Shown here: positions 55,702 to 64,000 of the stretch, piece by piece
How positions within the stretch are numbered: the first letter of the stretch is position 1
Layout: the number at the start of each line of letters is the position of its first letter
Assembly (NCBI GenBank): GCA_963514005.1
Contig: OY740794.1
Coordinates: forward strand, 20,894,001 to 20,958,000
Length of the DNA stretch: 64,000 bases
Source: Raja brachyura
Taxonomy: Eukaryota
Direction of reading: 5' to 3'
Translations under genes and position numbers: made by a program
Notes under the pieces: generated by a model
Seen by the model: the letters and a program-made list of their open reading frames with translations, nothing else
Database searches by the model: none
What the model was told of the DNA's origin: nothing

Positions 55702-55749
55702 ATGATTGCCGCTATCATTCTCGAGCTCACCGCCCGGCTGATGAGGTGA
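55702..55749 (+). other. Zic1 upstream ORF 1 (MIAAIILELTARLMR*)
   Basis: ATG at 55702 with G at -3, TGA at 55747-55749, out of frame with the main CDS. Translation is not shown. Confidence 0.55.
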
Positions 55750-55791
55750 AAGTTTCTCCCCAGGAAGATAAACCGCAAAAGACAATATTGC

Positions 55792-55830
55792 ATGATTTGC
55801 GTTTGCAGAGGGGGAAAATATCTTCAGTAA
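55792..55830 (+). other. Zic1 upstream ORF 2 (MICVCRGGKYLQ*)
   Basis: ATG at 55792 in weak context, TAA at 55828-55830, in the same frame as uORF1. Confidence 0.4.
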
Positions 55831-55993
55831 ATTCCCACACGCTGAAGAGAGAGAAGAGAGAAAAATAAGGAGTTTTTGCAAGTCCTGCAGACAGACTCAG
55901 AGACTATTTTATATTAAGCAAGTTTCGTTGTGAATTGTTTGTAGTTTGCCTTTCTATATATTATTATTCACTTTCTACCCCCATCGCCAGACG

Positions 55994-56969
55994 ATGCTTC
56001 TGGACGCTGGACCTCAATATCCTACTCTAGGAGTGACTACCTTCGGATCATCCCGACATCACTCAACAGGCGATGTCAACGACCGAGAAGTGGGACTGGG
56101 GATAAATCCTTTCGCTGACGGGATGGGTGCGTTTAAAATCAGCCCCAGCACTCACGATCTCGCATCGGGTCAAACTGCCTTCACGTCGCAGGCACCAGGC
56201 TACGCCGCGGCTCTGGGTCACCACCCCGGCCATGTGAGTTCGTACAGCAGCGCTGCTTTCAACTCGACCCGGGACTTCTTGTTTCGCAATCGGGGCTTTG
56301 GGGAAGCGGCGGCGGCAAGTGCCGGTCACAGCCTCTTCGCTTCGGCCGCGGCTGCGGGCAGTTTTGCCGGACCCCATGGACATACCGACGCTGCGGGGCA
56401 TCTACTCTTCCCGGGGCTTCACGAGCAGGCGACGACCCACGCTTCTCCAAATGCACATGTAATGAACGGGCAAATGCGCTTAGGCTTTTCTGGGGACATG
56501 TATGGCAGAGCAGACCAATACAGCCAGGTCACTAGTCCCAGATCGGACCACTACGCCTCGACCCAGCTACACAGTTATGGTCCCATGAACATGAACATGG
56601 CGGCCCACCATGGGGCCGGGGCCTTCTTTCGTTATATGAGGCAGCCCATAAAGCAAGAACTGATATGTAAATGGATAGAGCCCGAACAGTTGACGAATCC
56701 TAAAAAATCATGCAACAAAACTTTTAGCACGATGCACGAACTAGTTACTCACGTAACTGTGGAACACGTAGGGGGACCAGAACAGTCGAACCATATCTGC
56801 TTCTGGGAAGAGTGTTCAAGAGAGGGAAAGCCTTTCAAAGCCAAATATAAACTTGTAAATCACATCAGAGTCCACACTGGCGAGAAACCTTTTCCCTGCC
56901 CATTCCCCGGCTGCGGCAAAGTCTTTGCTCGATCAGAAAATCTCAAGATCCACAAAAGAACTCACACAG
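55994..56969 (+). CDS. zic1: Zic1 coding exon 1: ZOC box, ZF-NC region and fingers 1-3
   Basis: The ATG at 55994 gives [23 protein letters not shown]...[14 protein letters not shown]..., a typical ZIC1 N-terminus. The phase-1 donor is G|GTATGG at 56970. Confidence 0.97.
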
Positions 56970-58412
56970 GTATGGAGAATTATTTTAAAAAATCAAGAAG
57001 AAGTGAAATATTACCGAGCGTTTATAATCGTTTCTATCATATTAATAAACAGGTCTTCCAGATTATTTATTCAGTAACAATTTTAACAATACATATGCAA
57101 ATAAATATCATGTCAGAATAAAATTCACATGTTTAGCACTTTGATGTTCCTTAACTCTTGATGTTCCTTGTTGTGGCTGCGGTGCTTTAAACAATAAGAA
57201 AAATATATATTTACCGCGGTTCCACGTCATGAAATGCTATACTTAAAAATAAAATTCAAGTAGAATCAGTTTACCTAATATACGTCGTAGTAGAGTTTAT
57301 TTTTAATTTAATTGTCAATTTTATCTAAACATGATAATACATTTGGTTGCTTGGTTTCGTTGGAAATTCACACCCGAAAGAGCATATGCATGTTTTTTTT
57401 CACTCCCTTTAGTTTGGTTTCTTTATTGATAGTAATTATTTTACACATATATATGTTAGTGGATTACATAAAGCCTCGAAATCAACTTTCGTCGATACAA
57501 ACTTCTATTCATGTAAATATATTTGCACGTAAATATTATGTGCGTGTTTGTATATGTGTACGAGCGCGATCCGAGTATATATGGGTATAATATATTCCCA
57601 CTGTGATGCATACATATTGGGATCTTCCCGGGTTTATCGTCTTGTTAAAACTTGGTTTACAGTGTGTTTGTGAAAAAAAAAATGCACTCGACAACAATGT
57701 CCATGTTAGTGGCACATAATGGCGAGGTTGTTGTAAAGATTTAGCAAAGTCGAGATTTAACATTTTCTCGACTGCAAAACCACCAGGGGCACTTAACAAC
57801 AATTCACTTCACTGCATGAGATGTCCACTAACTCTTATTTTAAATAAACAGAAGTGGAAACGGTTTAATTAAAGCGAAAATGCAAATAGAATTAGCAAAT
57901 AATCATTTCCGTTGTCTGTTTAAAATGCTATTTCAGCATTTGCGTTCCAAAGGCTGTATTAGACTATTAGCGAAGCTCTGCTTGTGTCAGGGACAATCAA
58001 TGTTTTAAATAAGAATTTGAATCCAAAAACTAGTCAGGTACCTATTTTCAACTTTATTTGAGATATTATTGCAATTAAAACAAAACAATTACTCGTGGGC
58101 ATATATGCATGTAAGGCCGCTACGGCAGCTGCAATGTCTTGTAACTAGTCAGTGTCGATAATATAAATTAAGTAAACGATGAACATTATTAATCTGTGAT
58201 TCATCCGCCATAAAATTCTAAACAGTGAGGATGGGGACATAATCTAATCATGCTGCAGATATTTAGGAGACGTGAGGCATAGTTGAAAAAATCGTGAGGC
58301 AGGGGGATCCAAAATACGTATTTGTTTTCATGATGGCTGCTTTTCTTTGTTTTTTAAAAAATAAGTTTAGTACTTTTGTATGTACACTCACGCACATACC
58401 CGGTCACACAGG

Positions 58413-58457
58413 CACACACACACAGACACACACAGACACACACACACACACACACAT
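58413..58457. repeat. (CA)n microsatellite in Zic1 intron 1
   Basis: An interrupted CA repeat ~90 nt upstream of the exon 2 acceptor. Confidence 0.85.
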
Positions 58458-58510
58458 GTAACGTACACAATATATGTGTAAATAATGAATTTCCAAGAAA
58501 AAAAACCTAA

Positions 58511-58792
<282 letters not shown>

Positions 58793-59108
58793 TGACAGCT
58801 CCGTGCAGATTAAATTATGGAGCAAGATCCCTTTTGTAACCTTGTATGGTCAATATATTTTACTCTACCATAGGTCAAATTTAAATATCGCCTACAGTTA
58901 CGAAAAAAAATCTATCAAGCATTTTTGCTGCATTTGTTTACTTGGCAACTTTTGGCGATTACATTTTTGAAACTGAATTTTGCAAAGGTCTCATTGTGTT
59001 AAACGATATATTATATAGAAATACATTTTACATATTTAAGGGAAAGCCCTCACACAAACGCTATAGTTGTCTATAAGGCTATTTTTATATGGTGGATGGT
59101 TTTTGTAG

Positions 59109-59306
59109 GTCCACGAAGCAGCCTCTCAAGGGTCACAGCCTTCTCCTGCGGCAAGTTCTGGCTACGAATCCTCAACACCCCCTACCATCGTGTCGCCCTC
59201 TACAGAAAACCAGACCAACAGTTCAATGTCCCCGACATCATCTGCAGTTCACCACACATCCAACCACAGCACGCTCTCGTCGAACTTTAACGAATGGTAC
59301 GTTTAA
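59109..59306 (+). CDS. zic1: Zic1 coding exon 3: C-terminus ending NFNEWYV
   Basis: The acceptor is TTTTTGTAG|GTC CAC. Manual translation gives [65 protein letters not shown], a frame missed by the ORF track. The total CDS is 1338 nt, giving 445 aa. Confidence 0.96.
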   Translation, partial: VHEAASQGSQPSPAASSGYESSTPPTIVSPSTENQTNSSMSPTSSAVHHTSNHSTLSSNFNEWYV

Positions 59307-59990
59307 GTAAACCTACATAAAAATACAAAAAAAAACTTTTCAAAAAAGACTCCAAAGTTACGATCGCGAGGAATCAAAGACAAAAAAAGCTGCCAATAGA
59401 CGCCGAAAGGAATAATAAAAGAAGAAACCAAAACATTTCAAAGGTTTAGTAGCGAATCTTAAAATGCATGTAGGACGATGCTATTTCTCTAGCCATTGCC
59501 AAGTGCTAGATATAGAGAACGATCTGATAAAGCTCTGAAATTGCATGTGTTCTATGGCAGCGGTCTTTTTATTTCCTTTTTGTAAATATAGATTTACTAG
59601 TTTAAGAGTCTAATGTTTGAATCCTGTACATAGACATATCACAGGGGATTTGTCAACGTGGTATTTGCATATCTGGGCGACGGTTGGAAAAAATGCAATT
59701 ATTTGTTTATGGATGGCAAAAAGTTACTATAGTCGATGTGTACCAAAATGTGAATTACTTTGTATTTGTCTCAACTGAGCGTCAGAAAGTTAGCAGATAC
59801 TATTGTTATTAATGTGCTTTTTGTATCCAGTGCAAACCTTTCGTCCCAAAGTCTAGTCAGAGTAGTGAAGTGTTCAAAGTGTTGCTTGTTATGTCAAAAA
59901 AATATCGTAGTGCAAGCTTGGAACTCCGTGTTAAAATGTAACTTTGTTTTATGTAAGACTTGATATTAAAGCAAAATAAGAAATTTATCT
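59307..59990 (+). promoter_or_regulatory. Zic1 3' UTR with Pumilio-type elements and candidate poly(A) signal
   Basis: TGTAAATA at 59581-59588, TGTACATA at 59625-59632 and ATTAAA at 59965-59970. Alternative AATAAA hexamers lie at 59414 and 60234, so the true 3' end is unknown. Confidence 0.5.
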
Positions 59991-62900
59991 GTCCATTGCC
60001 TTCGCAGTTGCGATAAATTTATGTATATATTCCCAATCTCCATATTTATCCGCATGTACGTAAATTACCGGTATTACGTGTTACAGATATTCGATATTTA
60101 TGAAAAATGCATTCGTATGTAAAACCTAGTTTACAAACTGTTCCATAACATTTCGTACAATATTAAAGATTCCAAAATCCAATTCGCTGCATTCAGTATT
60201 TTTATTCATACGGCAAATTATTGGACGTCACAGAATAAAATAATCGAGGAAACATGGGTAACTGAAATATATTTGCTGGAATCTTCTCTATCAAACGACA
60301 ACAAAAGTGCATTTGGAGATATAAAAAATGATGGACGTAAATATCCCTTCTGAGCACTTGAATTCACTTAATTAATATTCATACCGAATGTTTTGAAATC
60401 AAAATTTTGGACCATTGTATAAAAATAGTTTGTATTAACATTGCGATTAACATTATGAGCCATAAACTATTAGAGGCAATAAAAATAACCTAATTCAACG
60501 TAAATATTGGCGCAAGATATTATTTGTTGCGTAGTGTAAAAACAACCGCCTGACTTCACAGGAAGTTAGCGGAAGAATAATGTGTCCGTTTTGGACGCTG
60601 TTGTTTCTGGGAATACGTTGATAAATATTTCCATCAATGTTGCAATTTTTGAAAGGCATTTTAGTTTAAAAAGATCAACAATGATTACACATCCCTTTTA
60701 ACTATTCAATTATGACAGATTTCCCAAACTTTTTCTAAGGTAGGGGCAACGTGAGTGCATGGGTTTTGCAATTAACTAAGGCATTTGCAGCTTCATATCT
60801 TTGCGATTATAATCGTTAATAGCTGGCATTAATTGAAATAATTCTTAATTTATGTTCTTCACTGTGAATTATAACCAATGGTTCTAAACCCAACCACTTA
60901 GTGTAAAATTAAATCTACAAGAAGACAATTTATTTTATGTAATCTGATTTTCTTTGTACGTCTTTACTTATTTAATTCGCATCCAGTCTAAAAAAAAATC
61001 CGTTCCATTCGATGATGCTCTGATAGCAAATTACTAAATGAGGAAAAAATAAAAATCTAAATTACTTATGCTTAATGACTGTAGCCGAACGCCTGTTTCA
61101 CTAAATCAGATTGTCTTCTTTGCTATTTACTTTGATAGATTTGCAGGCTATATTGCTTCCACTAACTTAGCTACGCTTGTTGGAACTGTTAGGCTTTGTT
61201 CTTCATTGTAGCTTGCATGACCGCCCCATTAAGCAGACAACATATCAACAGACAACACAAATCATGATGCTAGCTAAAGTTACGAATTCCCGTGATGTCC
61301 ATGGAGTACACAACAGAAACTGACCTTCCGGGAGATGAGATTGATAGTTTCACTGTGTTTTTTTAAGAGTAGAGTTAGCTAGGCCAGGGCTATATGGTAA
61401 GTAGGCGGGTTTGACAGAAAATATAATTTCATATGGTCCAGGAACTGTAATGTAGCATTAAATGCTATTAGATTCATAAACATTAGTTCAGCAATCATAC
61501 TCTGAAATATGATGTTTCTATTTTATAACATCGTAATGAAATAGTCTTAACTTATTAATAGGCATTTCGCCGAATGCTGATTTTGCCCAGCGAAGATAAG
61601 CTTCATCCAATATTATTAGTAATTAATTAGCTTGCATACTAGTTTTTTTTTAAAGCGAGTGGCATGTTAATGAATAATAGCACTTTTGAAAATAATCTTT
61701 ACAGCAGCTGGTAACAGTCAGCCATAGCAGTGTTGAAAGTAAAATCAAATCATAGAGCGCCACCTTGCAGAGAGAAGGATTGCGAGATTTCTGAAGGCAG
61801 AGTGAGCAGCGAGTGGGTTGGAGCTTCACAGAGCAATAACATGAAAAAGGCCATTCACATCCAGGCACGTATATCTGCATCCCCCACCTCCCATTTGTGG
61901 ATCAGAGTGTTAGAAACATCAAAATCAGAATGTGGAATAAAAGTACACGAAAAAACCCACCTAACCCATTTAAAACAATTCAATGAATGTTTCGTGTAAG
62001 TATTTAATACGGGTTACGTAAATGCACAGCATTGCAATACCGCTCCCACCCCACCCCCTCTCCTCCTCCCCCAACTCCCAGCTATATCGTACAGGGGAGC
62101 TTACTGTTTGTAAACATTTTTGTTTTAACTGGTTCCACTGCCCGTTAATAGAAAGGACATTGCCACCACAAATTATAAGTGTTGTCCTAATAATTTCTGA
62201 CACATCAATAACAGAAGCAGATTCATTTTTGGCGCCCGTGTGAGGTTCACCACTGGCAAGAAAAACATTGCGGGAAAAAACGCAACGCGTTTTGGATCCG
62301 GCCTGAAGGTTGAGATATTGCCCTAACACGATAGCAGATTTCCAAGTTCCAGCTCGTGGTAACTGTGCAATGCACGTCCAGCTCACTCTATATACCCTTT
62401 TTTTTTGCAGTTGCAAATGCGAAATATAATATTCATTACGACGCTGTTCGAAACCAATTGGTATTTTGTCGAAGATTAGGACTGTAGGGCGAGTAGATTG
62501 AAACCAAAGTTTGGCAAGCGTAACTTATCCGAATAGAAATGAAGCACCAACAAATATATTTTCAATTTCAGGTTATTACGAACAACAGCCAAATAGCTGT
62601 TTTTAATTGTACGACATCTCTCAAATGGGCCTGGACGTTGAAGACCAATCGTAATGGCCAACTATATTAAACCTTCTTGCTTAAATTCTATAATGTACAT
62701 AAATATTTTTTGTTATCGTTTCACAATTTATCAACTATTAACGCCTATGAAGTATTGAGATAGAACGCACTGTGCCACATTATTTAGCCGAAACCGTAGA
62801 CCACGTTTTCAATAGTCTGCTAGAGAAATTATCAATCCTCTCCTATTTTTTGATATAGACGTAACTGGAACGTACTCGGTGCTTTTTACTTTTGCGGGGT

Positions 62901-64000
62901 GTTTTCATTTTCGGTGCTCTATTCATTTTCGGTTTTCCAAACACAACTATTTTTTTTTGTTATTGATATAAGACTGGAAAAGGGGAAATAACAAAAGGGT
63001 CAGGATTTCATCGAAAAACGTTTATCTATCTGCTCGCAGCGTTCTGCATACAGCGAATACGTTGGTGCTTCTAATTAACGAGTTCTATCCTTAATATGGT
63101 GGGGCGAAAAAACTGAAGGCATACTATAATAATAATTGCAATGTCCTAACCCTGTCTGTGCGGATTGATTAGCTTGTATAGTTTGGATCTAGGTGGGTTC
63201 GGGCTATCAGAAGTCTTTACTGGCTTATTATGTTGCTCCACTTGTTCCTATTTTAGCAGCTAGTATCTGTTATAGTGCCACAGTCACAAAAGCATCCTGT
63301 TTCATGTTGACGACTCGAATCAATGCAGGTAAATAAGATTATAGGTACGTATTTGTAAAATATAAAGATATCGCAGTGTACATTGTCACCTACAAATGAA
63401 GTGTATGCAAAATGTGTAAATAGCGACTGGCTTTTAAAACCGCACTTGGAACTTTTTGCCTTTTATATTTCCCTACTTGATCGAAGAAAGCAAATTGGCT
63501 GCCATGGGCTCCTGAGAGCTGTGCAATCCAATAACTAAAGAAACACGATCAGCCTGTGGAATATCGCTGCTATTTTTAACATGCAGCTGGAAGCTGTCAT
63601 CAATTTGTAATATTTATTCCATCGCACGGAGTTTCCAGATGACGCACTCTGCACAAAAAAAGAATTAAGTGGAATTAGTATCAAAAACATGCTACAATTC
63701 GCGTTTTAAATCCTGCCACGTTAACATTAACAGATTCGCCGACGCGATAGTTAAAGGAAAATAAATGGTTTGGCCGCTATATATACATTTTTTTTCTCGC
63801 GCTTTTTATCCCAAATGATTTTTGCCCCACAGAGAAATTTGCTTTAGTAAACCAAAATATATTTCTGGTACTTCTGTCTGGTGGAGTAACCGTGAGTTGT
63901 GGAACATGCGCAGTACGCTTGGCCAACTGTGCTGCACGTGCTGGTGAATATTTATTACAACCAGCATCTCCTGACCTTATAGCAAAGGCTGTCCACTGAT

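Larger units (their letters stand above)
42242..56971. repeat. Long-spacer inverted repeat formed by near-identical Zic4 (42242-42496) and Zic1 (56717-56971) coding tracts
   Basis: Base-by-base comparison gives 6 mismatches in 255 bp including the GT donor, with a spacer of 14,220 bp. Confidence 0.92.

Noticed and set aside
55738-55752. CTGATGAGGTGAAAG in the Zic1 leader resembles a hammerhead core (CUGAUGA...GAAA)
   Set aside because: Only 3 nt separate the two core segments, so stem II cannot form, and I found no convincing stems I and III.
55946-55993. N-terminal extension of Zic1 suggested by the ORF track
   Set aside because: It starts at TTG. The ATG at 55994 gives the canonical MLLDAG start.

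Overview
This is AT-rich vertebrate genomic DNA, most likely from a cartilaginous fish (skate or ray), judged from the elasmobranch-type V-SINEs and palindromic Penelope-type repeats. It holds the divergently transcribed Zic4-Zic1 gene pair. Zic4 is on the minus strand with 2 coding exons (43390-42244 and 39100-38664, 527 aa). Zic1 is on the plus strand with 3 coding exons (55994-56969, 58545-58708 and 59109-59306, 445 aa). The first ~37 kb is gene-free, has few recognisable transposons, and contains several candidate enhancers. The main observation is that a 253-bp zinc-finger-coding tract of the two ancient paralogues is 97.6% identical at the DNA level, with 155 bp perfectly identical, while flanking codons with equally conserved protein differ at about half of all codons. 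This points to ongoing gene conversion between the arms of a ~14.2-kb-spaced inverted repeat, which could also flip the promoters and N-termini. A second observation is that both genes share a paralogous 5' module: CCAAT, then TTTCAATTCA, then a uORF encoding M..AAI.L. All comparisons were made by eye and no database searches were run.
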